A stretch of 55,830 nt of DNA from a virus (lineage: Duplodnaviria; Caudoviricetes), in IMG/VR virus record IMGVR_UViG_3300030102_001765, positions 1 through 55,830 of that record. One strand, written 5' to 3'. Made by a program: the position numbers and the translations under genes. This document shows, piece by piece, positions 18,197 to 27,260 of this stretch. Within the stretch, counting starts at the first letter, position 1; the number at the start of each line of letters is the position of its first letter. The notes beneath the pieces were generated by a model. The model did no database searches. It was not told the DNA's origin and saw only the letters and a program-made list of their open reading frames with translations.

Positions 18197-19390
18197 ATGG
18201 CAGCAATACAAGGATTGCGGGGAACAGGAGAGTTTTCATCTGATTTCCGCCCGAAAAATTACCGTGAGCTTTTCACGTTGTTGGAACCAAACGGTAACGC
18301 TCCACTGAACGCATTGCTTGCAATGGGTTCATCAGAGCCAACAGACGACCCAGAGTATAAAAACTTTAGGGACGAACTACCAGAGCGTACGTTGACAGTA
18401 AACGGCGCTGTTGCTTCAACATCAACAGCTTCAATTACAATCGACGCTGCTGACGACAATAAATTCGCTGTAAAAGGCGCAATCATTGTCAACAGTGAGA
18501 CAAGCGAAGTGATGCACGCTACTGCTGATACTACTGGCACTACCCTTGCTGTGACCAGAAACATTGGTGGTACATCACATCAAATCGCAGATAATGCGGT
18601 CTTGTTTATCGCTGGATTTGCAGCGGCTGAAGGTGACACTTCACCAACTGCAATCAGCTTCGACGCTTCAGTAGTCTCAAACTTCACTCAGATTTTTAGG
18701 ACTGCTTTCCAAGTATCAAATACTTTGCAAAGCACATACCTACGAACTGGTGATAAGTTAGACGAGGCTATGACCAAGGCACTTAAGCTCCACATGTCTG
18801 ACATCGAGCGAGCTATGTTCTTTGGTAACAAGCACGAAGCTAACGGTTCAACTGCACAGCCAACAAGGTTTACTGGCGGTCTATTGAACAGCTTGACTAA
18901 CGTCGTTGACATCACAACAGCGTTTGCCACTTACGGTGGTAACGGTGCTGGTAAGATGACTGAAGATGGTTTCGACTCTCTTCTAATCAACACAGTGTTC
19001 AAGTTTGGTTCAAAGCAAAAGATTGCCTTTGTTGGTGAAACAGTAGCGAACCACTTGCAGCAGTATGGTAAGGACAGATGGCAGCCAACAGCTGTTGAAG
19101 GTGCTTACGGAGTCAACCTAACTAGGTATGCTACATTTGCTGGAGACTTGATGGTACACTTGCATCCGCAGTTCCGTCAGCTTCCACACATGAAAAATGC
19201 TATGGTTATCATTGACTTCCCATACTTGGTATATCGTTACCTTGAGGGACGTGATACTCAGTTGCTAGAAAACAGGCAAGCAGTAGACGCAGACAGCGTC
19301 AAGCACGAGTACCTAACCGAATGTGGTTTGGAACTCTTGCAAGACAAAGTGCATGCGTACATTAAAGGCTGGAACGCAAGGAAAAACTAA
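18197..19390 (+). CDS. Major capsid protein (DUF5309/SU10-like, HK97 fold)
   Basis: NFTQIFR, IERAMFFG, RFTGGL, EYLTECGLE motifs; strong RBS TAAGGAGG; followed by a terminator. Confidence 0.9.
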   Translation: MAAIQGLRGTGEFSSDFRPKNYRELFTLLEPNGNAPLNALLAMGSSEPTDDPEYKNFRDELPERTLTVNGAVASTSTASITIDAADDNKFAVKGAIIVNSETSEVMHATADTTGTTLAVTRNIGGTSHQIADNAVLFIAGFAAAEGDTSPTAISFDASVVSNFTQIFRTAFQVSNTLQSTYLRTGDKLDEAMTKALKLHMSDIERAMFFGNKHEANGSTAQPTRFTGGLLNSLTNVVDITTAFATYGGNGAGKMTEDGFDSLLINTVFKFGSKQKIAFVGETVANHLQQYGKDRWQPTAVEGAYGVNLTRYATFAGDLMVHLHPQFRQLPHMKNAMVIIDFPYLVYRYLEGRDTQLLENRQAVDADSVKHEYLTECGLELLQDKVHAYIKGWNARKN

Positions 19391-19393
19391 TTA

Positions 19394-19424
19394 GGACGAC
19401 CTTGCAGTTCTATTGAGGCATAGT
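19394..19424 (+). promoter_or_regulatory. GGACGAC-N18-CATAGT putative late promoter (tail genes)
   Basis: Recurrent motif just after the capsid stop. Confidence 0.7.
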
Positions 19425-19452
19425 AAGGGGGCAATAATGCCCCCTTACTTTT
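19422..19452 (+). terminator. Rho-independent terminator after the capsid gene
   Basis: 12-bp stem AGTAAGGGGGCA-ATAA-TGCCCCCTTACT followed by TTT. Confidence 0.85.
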
Positions 19453-19466
19453 ATCAAGAGGTGAAC

Positions 19467-19772
19467 ATGACAGAGAAAAAAGTTAGAGCTAGAACGAAGA
19501 AAGGCCATTATAAGGCTGATGACCCGTCTACACCTGATGTAAACGAAGCTTTCGTTCAGGAAGAAAAGCCAAAAAAAGCTGCTGCACCAACACTTGTTTG
19601 GTTTGAAAGCAGACAGCCAGAGCCCAGCATGTTTGATGTAGCTGGGATACGTTCAATTAGACGATACGCAGACAATCATTTAGAATGGAAAGTAATGTCA
19701 GACGACGTTGCTAGGTTTGAGCAAGACCACTTTATTATGAATGGAAGGGTACGTAGGAAGGTTGAAAGCTAA
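19467..19772 (+). CDS. Hypothetical protein
   Basis: RBS GAGGTG before ATG 19467; RARTKKGHYKADDPSTPDVNEA motif. Confidence 0.7.
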   Translation: MTEKKVRARTKKGHYKADDPSTPDVNEAFVQEEKPKKAAAPTLVWFESRQPEPSMFDVAGIRSIRRYADNHLEWKVMSDDVARFEQDHFIMNGRVRRKVES

Positions 19773-20311
19773 TGCCAACAGTTACAACTGATACTGCTAC
19801 AGAAACAAGTAACACTAATCCTCACATACGTGAGAAACATTCTCCCCTTGAGAGTCTAATATTTCAGGCGCTAAGACGTTACGGCGATTTTAGCCCTGGA
19901 ACATTAGATGGGGATGTGGGTCTGATGTTCCTTGAGTTTGCAAACATGATTATTGACGACATACGTATGCACCCATACGCACCGTCAACTACCACCACCA
20001 CAACGTCTGGCGATACAACAACCACCACAACAACAGTAAATGGCATAGATTACTACGAATCTTTGCAAGACGTGCGTGAGATTGATGACATCATTATAGT
20101 TCAGGGACTGCTTTATCACTATGCTTTACAACAAGGCAGTGAAAAAGTGTCTGTGTACTTGCCAACATACAACACAACTCTTAACAGGCAGTTGTGGAGA
20201 CAGAAGAATGGTAATACAAAGATACGTATGACTGTTGTGGATGACGGCACAAACAAAGGAAACATCAATAAAGGAAAAACAAATACAGTAAATGGAACGG
20301 TTAGCTATTAA
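19772..20311 (+). CDS. Putative head-tail adaptor (tail tubular A-like)
   Basis: Size and position between capsid and nozzle genes; poly-Thr insert. Confidence 0.55.
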   Translation: MPTVTTDTATETSNTNPHIREKHSPLESLIFQALRRYGDFSPGTLDGDVGLMFLEFANMIIDDIRMHPYAPSTTTTTTSGDTTTTTTTVNGIDYYESLQDVREIDDIIIVQGLLYHYALQQGSEKVSVYLPTYNTTLNRQLWRQKNGNTKIRMTVVDDGTNKGNINKGKTNTVNGTVSY

Positions 20312-21822
20312 TGTCCAGCACTATCAAGTCTCCAAGTGGGGTAAAAACCAAGGTATTTGCTTACGAGAACTTTCAAGGTCTTGATACCTCTCGTGACATA
20401 ACCTCTTTAGATACTGGTAAGGAGCAACACCTTAATCAGATTATCAACGGCACGGCAGACTGGCGTGGACAAATAGTTCGTGACGCATCAGTTGTATTTA
20501 GAAAAGGTGAGTTCAAAGTAAACCACATTCGCTTCTTTGGTAAAGACGAAGCTTTATGGGTAGAGCAAACAGGCTCTGGTCTTAACTTCAAGTCTGATAG
20601 AGACCACGAACTACTAGATGTACACCCAACAGCAGCAATAGTTTCTACTACAGTATTCAATCAATCAGTACAGTTGGCTGCAAGAGCAAGGCCAATGTAC
20701 CGATATGATGGTGTAAACTTTACAAGAAACCAATCGCCATCAATAAACAACTTGCAACCAGGGTTTCTTACGTCTGTGCAAAGACGTCTTGTGATAGCTG
20801 GAATCCCAGGTAGAGAAACACAAGTACACCTGAGTCGTGTAGACCAAGACGAGATTTTTCCTGAAGACGAAGACCCAGCATCAACAAACGTCTTGCGAGC
20901 TGGGTTCATAGACATTGCAAACTTGCTTGGAACAGCTGACCAGATAACTGGTCTTGGTTCTTTCGAGCAAAACAGATTGGCGGTATTTACTGCTGACCGA
21001 GCTATCATATTTAAGATAGACCCAAGTATAGACAACTGGCTTGTTGATGATAATGCAAACATCAATATTGGCTGTGCGTCTCACAACAGTATTGTGAACG
21101 CTGGAACAGACCTATTGTTCTGCTCAAGGTCTGGTATACACTCAATTAAGCGTTCAGAAGATAACGGGATTCTTGTTTATTCTTACAGCCTTTCAGACAA
21201 GATTGATATTCTATACAGAGAACTATTTGAGTCTGTGGAAGACCCAGAACAAATTAGTGCAGTATTTGACCAAGACACGGCTCAATATCATCTGTTTTTC
21301 CCACAAGCTGGAGGGTTTTTGTGTACTAGATTAACTCTAGCCATGAACCCAGAAGGCGGTCAGCCACAACCAAAGTTTAGTACAGGAACCTTTTTAAACT
21401 CTAGGTGCGGTGCATTTCTTAACGGAAAACTTTTGTTTGGTACAACTGGTGGTGTTTTTGAAGTATTGAAGGTAGAAGAATCTAAAGATAATTCTATCAC
21501 TCCTGAACTAACAGTGACGACACCCCTTCTTTGGCATGGTAGTTTAGAGGATACAAAAGAAACATCGAGCATAATTTTGCAGATGGCTGGCAAGGGAAAG
21601 GTATCTGTAGAAGCTCAAGACGACAAAGGAAGGCTTATTGGTACAATGTTTATGGAAGTAGACGACACATCGGACGACAACTACTTTCAAGATGTGCCAT
21701 TATCAAGGCAATATGAAAGAAAATGGCAACATAGGTACAGAGCAGCCCAGTATAAGTTTAAAACTGAAGGGGGTGACGGATTGCTTAGACTTATTGGTTT
21801 TGCAGTAGTAGTGAGGACATAA
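20311..21822 (+). CDS. Putative tail nozzle/stabilisation protein (tubular B/P22 gp10-like)
   Basis: NFQGLDT start, beta-propeller-like composition, IGCASHNSI motif. Confidence 0.7.
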   Translation: MSSTIKSPSGVKTKVFAYENFQGLDTSRDITSLDTGKEQHLNQIINGTADWRGQIVRDASVVFRKGEFKVNHIRFFGKDEALWVEQTGSGLNFKSDRDHELLDVHPTAAIVSTTVFNQSVQLAARARPMYRYDGVNFTRNQSPSINNLQPGFLTSVQRRLVIAGIPGRETQVHLSRVDQDEIFPEDEDPASTNVLRAGFIDIANLLGTADQITGLGSFEQNRLAVFTADRAIIFKIDPSIDNWLVDDNANINIGCASHNSIVNAGTDLLFCSRSGIHSIKRSEDNGILVYSYSLSDKIDILYRELFESVEDPEQISAVFDQDTAQYHLFFPQAGGFLCTRLTLAMNPEGGQPQPKFSTGTFLNSRCGAFLNGKLLFGTTGGVFEVLKVEESKDNSITPELTVTTPLLWHGSLEDTKETSSIILQMAGKGKVSVEAQDDKGRLIGTMFMEVDDTSDDNYFQDVPLSRQYERKWQHRYRAAQYKFKTEGGDGLLRLIGFAVVVRT

Positions 21823-23384
21823 TGGCAAGAATTAGACAACAGTTTCCGCAGAACTACGGCTCTTCTGGAAACATTAATACAGAATTTGAGAATTTATTTC
21901 GCTACTTAAATGCAGCAGAACTAGGCGATAATACTCTCGGTGAATTGCTACAAACAATTTTTAGTAGCACAGGCACATGGCAAGGCCCAATCGAATTTAG
22001 AAGAGATGCTAGTGGTGACATCCAATACAGGGTTGGAACATACGCAGACGACACAACTGGGTACATAACACTTGTTTCGGCAGCAGAATTACGTGGTGAA
22101 TCTGGAGCAACCGTTGGTGAGATTGGGGCTCCAATTATTCACTCAAGACAAGACACTGTCATATCTGGCAGTTCAACAACAGTTATTGACTATGCTCACT
22201 CAGCTACAGACGAACTTCTCGTATACGTAAACGGCATCCTAAAAAGAACAGGTGGTTCTTTTGACTATGTCAGCAGTCCAACTGCTGGCACTAGTAGTAA
22301 TGGTGCAGTTACATTTAACAGTGCGCTGTCTAATGCAGATGTTGTTTCTATCTACAAGATTAGGTCAACAGCTATAACAGGATTCACAAGAACAGATGTT
22401 GTGACAACAGGAAGCCAAGCTGTGTTTGCTTTTGTTCACGACTCAACATCAAGGCTACAAGTTTATAAGAACGGTATTCTTATGCGAGAAGGTGGTGCTA
22501 ATGACTACACCACATCTGCAACAACAAATACTGTGACATTCAACTCATCTGTTCCATCAGGAAACACTGTAACAATCATCACAGTTGAGAACACATCTGT
22601 TCAAGCTGTGACAGGTCACATGTTTGAACAGGATTTTGTCCACACTGACAGTGGCCTTATACAGCTAGCTAAAATTAAAATAGACAACAACGCCATTGAA
22701 CAAGCAAAAGTAAATGGTTTGTCAGCAGCCCTTACTGCAAAAGCTAAACTTACAGTGTCTAGCTCTACCCCATCAGCTCCAGCAACTGGTGATTTGTTTC
22801 TTGATACATCACAAACACCAAACCAGCTAAAGTTTTTTGATGGTACGCAGTTCTTAAAGACGTCTCCTGAATCATCTCTCCCGACCTTTACATCAGCTAA
22901 CGCAAGTCAGTTTGTGAAGGTAAATGGTACAGGGACGGCTCTTGAGTACGGAACAGTCGACCTTTCCTCCGTTGTTCCAGTAACTCAAAAAGGTGCAGCA
23001 AACGGTGTGGCGTCTCTCGACTCAACTGGTAGGTTGCCTTCCACACAACTTCCTACCGTTCTTTCTACCGACAGTTTTTTTACTGAAGTAGGAACAGCTG
23101 CAAACCAGACATACGGCGTAAAAAGAATATTTAAACAAAAGATTAGAATAGACGGCATAGCAGTCAGAACCACATCAGGTACTTGTAGTGTGCAAATATC
23201 TGTAGATGGTGTTGGTTTGGGTAGCACACTTAGTGCTAGCTCTACACCTTCTGAAACAGCATTAGGAACACCGATTGAAATTGACGCTTCAGTTTCATCA
23301 AAGAAAATAGAATTTATTGTAACCAACAACTCTTCAGCAAGCGTACTTGAAGTAACTATGGCTGTGAGTGTGATTGCGAGTTAA
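21822..23384 (+). CDS. Virion tail protein/fibre
   Basis: Two VY(V/K)NGIL...DY domains, GDLFLD, KGAANGVASLDSTGRLPSTQLP. Confidence 0.7.
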   Translation: MARIRQQFPQNYGSSGNINTEFENLFRYLNAAELGDNTLGELLQTIFSSTGTWQGPIEFRRDASGDIQYRVGTYADDTTGYITLVSAAELRGESGATVGEIGAPIIHSRQDTVISGSSTTVIDYAHSATDELLVYVNGILKRTGGSFDYVSSPTAGTSSNGAVTFNSALSNADVVSIYKIRSTAITGFTRTDVVTTGSQAVFAFVHDSTSRLQVYKNGILMREGGANDYTTSATTNTVTFNSSVPSGNTVTIITVENTSVQAVTGHMFEQDFVHTDSGLIQLAKIKIDNNAIEQAKVNGLSAALTAKAKLTVSSSTPSAPATGDLFLDTSQTPNQLKFFDGTQFLKTSPESSLPTFTSANASQFVKVNGTGTALEYGTVDLSSVVPVTQKGAANGVASLDSTGRLPSTQLPTVLSTDSFFTEVGTAANQTYGVKRIFKQKIRIDGIAVRTTSGTCSVQISVDGVGLGSTLSASSTPSETALGTPIEIDASVSSKKIEFIVTNNSSASVLEVTMAVSVIAS

Positions 23385-23389
23385 TATGT

Positions 23390-23818
23390 ATGATAAAGGT
23401 AATAACGCATGATAATGAAAGAATTTCAAAATGGGCTAGCAAGCACCTTGAAGGGATTACTTGGAGCAGCCCTCAATGTTTTGGATTTGAACTTAACGAC
23501 AAACTTATCGGTGCAGTCATCTTTAGCGAGTGGACTAAAAACGATATTCACGTCAGTGTTGTATCGACCAATGCTCGTATGTGGCAAAAGCGTATACTCC
23601 GTATTCTCTTCCACTATACGTGGGTTACTTGCGGTTGTATTAGGATTTCTGCGTTGGCTAAAGAATCAAATAAAAAATCTCGTAGACTTCTTGAGGCGCT
23701 TGGTTTCAAGGAAGAAGGGCGACTACGTAACTATCACGGCAGCGAAGACGGAGTCGTCTACGGAATCCTCAAAGAAGACTCCGAAAAATGGTATCAAACG
23801 AAAGAGAGGGAGGCCTAG
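23390..23818 (+). CDS. GNAT (RimJ/RimL-like) acetyltransferase
   Basis: SNKKSRRLLEALGFKEEGRLR motif. Confidence 0.85.
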   Translation: MIKVITHDNERISKWASKHLEGITWSSPQCFGFELNDKLIGAVIFSEWTKNDIHVSVVSTNARMWQKRILRILFHYTWVTCGCIRISALAKESNKKSRRLLEALGFKEEGRLRNYHGSEDGVVYGILKEDSEKWYQTKEREA

Positions 23819-23823
23819 AAAAA

Positions 23824-25698
23824 ATGGGTAAAGGCGGAGGAAGTCCAGCACCACCTGATTACACAGCTGAAAAAAGCCAAATCAGGAAGGACACAGAAAA
23901 GAAATACGGCGAGCAAGCTGAAGCTTACAACACTGCCGTAGATACATTTAACACGGCACTAGGCGGTTTTCAAAGCCAGTACGATAATCTTTCGAGTGCG
24001 CTCTCTGGTGCAAATATATCTAATTTGTATGATGACCCCACGACGACAGATGTAAACGAGAACATCTTTGATGTGTACTCCCCACAGATAAGTGACCTCG
24101 CTACTGCTTTAAGTGGTCTTGATACAGACATAGACAAGCCAATATTTGAGTCATCCGTTGGCTCAGAATATGGGCCTATTGGTATTACGAACATCCCAGA
24201 CCTAAATAAATTTTCTACAGCTGATTATGATACTCTTTCATCAAACATCAGTAGTCTTGCTGACACTCTTAACCAGTTAAAGGCAGACAGGGCAGCAGAA
24301 GAACAACGTATTACAGACTTTGGTCAAAGCTTAAACCAAGGTTTAGGTGGTATGGGCGTTACATTGGGTCAGCTAGGAATTGCAGACCTTGCGTCTATGA
24401 ACCAGCTAGAGAAACAGTTGTCAGACCTTAACTTGCAGAAGCAAGGGTTTTCGTCTGACATCATGGGTCAGTTTATGCCAGGGGGTTTCTCTAACTTCCA
24501 GAATCAATACGACACACTAACTGCTGGTCTTGCAGACCTCCAAGGCAAGAGGCAAACAGAGCTTGATAGAATCAGTACATTTGGTGACACACTTTATACT
24601 GACGTCGATAGCTACTTTGACAGACTCGATAACCTTGGAATCGCAGATGAAGCTGGCATTGAGTCCCTTATTGATGACATCGAAGACAGGCAAAGACAGG
24701 CTGGAAGATTCTCTTCTGAGCTTGGCTTTAACTTTGGAAACCAGCTAGGCGAACTAGGTGATGTTTTAGGTGATGTTAAAGACCTACAAAGTGAAAGAGT
24801 TGCAGAACTTGCACGTTTAGAAAACGCAAAAGCAAACTTCTTATCTCAAGCTGGTAACGTTGAGCAAGCTGCCGAAGGTGGCAATATGTTTAGCGCTGCT
24901 ATCCTAGACAGTATTGATGACCAAATACGTGACCTTAAAAATGAAATTTCTGGGTTCTCATCCGAATTACCATTTGATTTCTCAGGAGCTACAGGCGCTA
25001 TTACAGACGCAGAAACTGCGTTGGCTGGTTTACAGGGCGAAAGACAAACCGCACTAGACGATATTCTTTCAAGGGTACAAACAGCTGGCACAGGTATTGG
25101 CGACATTGCTCTATCAGACGAAGACGCTATAACTGGCAGACAAACAGACTTACAAAAACTTCAGCAAGAGCTTGCTAAATTCTCTGGTGGTAGAGTTGGT
25201 AACATAGGTGGTGAGATTACTGCGGGCCTCGAACAAGTAGATGCTCGTCTTGCAGACTTAGCAACCAAGCGTTCAGAGATTGAGACAGCAGCACAACAGC
25301 TTGTTGAAGACATTAACAACGCATCTTTCTATGGGCTTGATGACTTAACTGGTTCTCAAGCAGCTTTCGATGAACAAAAAGCACAGGTAGATTTATTTAA
25401 CGCACAGCAAGCATTGGATGAAATTGCAGCAGCTGAACAAAGGTTACAATCTGAAAAACAGAGACTTGAAACAGATGCAGAAGCCGTTGCTGCTAGGTCA
25501 GGACAAGCACAGCAAGACTTACTTGCATCAATAGGGGCATCAGGTGTTCCTGAGTTTCAGAACTTCGCTCAGATAGACCCAATAACCCTAGAGCAATATT
25601 TAAATCTATTGGCTCAAGGTGGCGACGAAGAAGAGCTGGGAGCATTAGCAAACTTGCCTTCAGCGTTTAGTCAAAACTTAGGGGTTATAAGTGTATAG
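23824..25698 (+). CDS. Internal virion/ejection protein
   Basis: MGKGGGSPAPPDY N-terminus, acidic helical body; follows the GNAT. Confidence 0.65.
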   Translation: MGKGGGSPAPPDYTAEKSQIRKDTEKKYGEQAEAYNTAVDTFNTALGGFQSQYDNLSSALSGANISNLYDDPTTTDVNENIFDVYSPQISDLATALSGLDTDIDKPIFESSVGSEYGPIGITNIPDLNKFSTADYDTLSSNISSLADTLNQLKADRAAEEQRITDFGQSLNQGLGGMGVTLGQLGIADLASMNQLEKQLSDLNLQKQGFSSDIMGQFMPGGFSNFQNQYDTLTAGLADLQGKRQTELDRISTFGDTLYTDVDSYFDRLDNLGIADEAGIESLIDDIEDRQRQAGRFSSELGFNFGNQLGELGDVLGDVKDLQSERVAELARLENAKANFLSQAGNVEQAAEGGNMFSAAILDSIDDQIRDLKNEISGFSSELPFDFSGATGAITDAETALAGLQGERQTALDDILSRVQTAGTGIGDIALSDEDAITGRQTDLQKLQQELAKFSGGRVGNIGGEITAGLEQVDARLADLATKRSEIETAAQQLVEDINNASFYGLDDLTGSQAAFDEQKAQVDLFNAQQALDEIAAAEQRLQSEKQRLETDAEAVAARSGQAQQDLLASIGASGVPEFQNFAQIDPITLEQYLNLLAQGGDEEELGALANLPSAFSQNLGVISV

Positions 25699-25710
25699 GG
25701 GCGTTAGTAA

Positions 25711-27252
25711 ATGGCATTTAGCGCAATATTAGGATTAGCTGGTAACTTATACGCAGCAAACCAAGCATCAAAGGACGCAGCAGCTGCAAGGTCTTTGCAG
25801 ATGCAACAAATGGAATCGCAAAGGCAGTTCCAAAACGCTAACTTTATGTTGGCACAAGATGCTCGTAGAGAACGCAGAGAACAAAACCAATACCTACAAC
25901 AGATAGAAGCTCTTAACAGGAGGCTTGCTGGACAGGAACGTGAGTTCCAAATGTCTGAGCTGGACAACTTTAAGAGGGCTTTGCTGAAAGAAAGAGAAGC
26001 AGATATTGAACGACAGATTCTTCAAGACAAAGAAGCTGCACGTCTTTCTACATTTAGACTAGAACAACTCCTAAAAGGACAGGACATTAGTGAGCAAGAG
26101 CGGGCTTTTGCTATACAACAACTTAATTTAGCTAGGTCAACCGCAGCTGGTGAACGTGATGAAGAGCTAAGACGTTTCTTACAAGACAGGGCTACGGCAC
26201 AGATAGAGCGTGACTTCCTTGTAAACATGGCTCTTGACGCACAAGACCAAGCACGTCTCGAACGTGCCGAAGGTATGGCTGTACGTGACCAAATACTAAA
26301 TCAGATACTTGGACTACAAGGCGCTGTAAACCAAACTGCTTCGCAGCTTGGTTACGTCCCTATTCCAGCAGCCGTATCTGAAGGAGACATACAAAAAGAA
26401 ATAGACAAGCGAACAGCACAAAACATTGCAGACGTAGACCGAGCAGCAGAAGCGGTAGCTTCTGTAGGCGAAGCTGGTCTTATACGCCAGGGCATGGATG
26501 ACAGCACAAAAGGCACAGCAGTTCGTGGTGACATTGCAGCACGTCTTGCAAATGAATATTCAAAAGCTAGAGACTCAGCTTATGATGACGCACTAAAATA
26601 CATCTCTGGAAGAGAGCAAGTCTTTGGTACAAACGTAGGCAACATTATGGATGCAAGAAGCAAATTGCTTGCAGAGACTGCTGGTATAGCTGGCACAGGA
26701 CTACAGCAACTAGCTAATCTTCCAAGCGCACCATCCGCCTTGTCTGGATACAATTACGCACGAATGATACCGTCATCAATCATAAACAGAAACATCAGCA
26801 GCGCTAATGACTTCAGGGCTCCTGTTGCGATTGGCAGTGCCATATATAACAACCCAGCATTAATGACATCGAGTCTAGCTAATTACTCAAGACCTACAAG
26901 CTTGGCTACTAACCAGGGCTTTAGTGTTAAGTCTGGCATATTCAACCCAGCAGCATTAAGTCTCGACAGCTCAAACTATCTTGGTAACGCTACAAGTATA
27001 GGTAATCAGATGATGAGCCAGCTTGGTACGTACGCTCAGAACATGCAAAACAGAGCAACAACAGCTGGTCAAAACTTTGGTCAGTCTTTTGGTCAGTTTG
27101 TAAACGACCAATCGCAAGCTGGTGGAATGAAGTATCAGTATGATGCAGACGGCAAAGTAATCCCAGGCAGTGGAGTAAAACAAAATGATGGTCTGTTCTA
27201 CAGCATAGACCAATCATTTAATAAATTTTTTAATAACCTGACAGGTAGTTGA
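25711..27252 (+). CDS. Internal virion/ejection protein
   Basis: Hydrophobic Gly/Ala N-terminus, long Q/R/E coiled coil. Confidence 0.65.
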   Translation: MAFSAILGLAGNLYAANQASKDAAAARSLQMQQMESQRQFQNANFMLAQDARRERREQNQYLQQIEALNRRLAGQEREFQMSELDNFKRALLKEREADIERQILQDKEAARLSTFRLEQLLKGQDISEQERAFAIQQLNLARSTAAGERDEELRRFLQDRATAQIERDFLVNMALDAQDQARLERAEGMAVRDQILNQILGLQGAVNQTASQLGYVPIPAAVSEGDIQKEIDKRTAQNIADVDRAAEAVASVGEAGLIRQGMDDSTKGTAVRGDIAARLANEYSKARDSAYDDALKYISGREQVFGTNVGNIMDARSKLLAETAGIAGTGLQQLANLPSAPSALSGYNYARMIPSSIINRNISSANDFRAPVAIGSAIYNNPALMTSSLANYSRPTSLATNQGFSVKSGIFNPAALSLDSSNYLGNATSIGNQMMSQLGTYAQNMQNRATTAGQNFGQSFGQFVNDQSQAGGMKYQYDADGKVIPGSGVKQNDGLFYSIDQSFNKFFNNLTGS

Positions 27253-27260
27253 GGTAGGGA

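Noticed and set aside
23409-23831. 140-aa alternative-frame ORF over the GNAT
   Set aside because: No RBS or recognisable motifs; the GNAT frame explains the region
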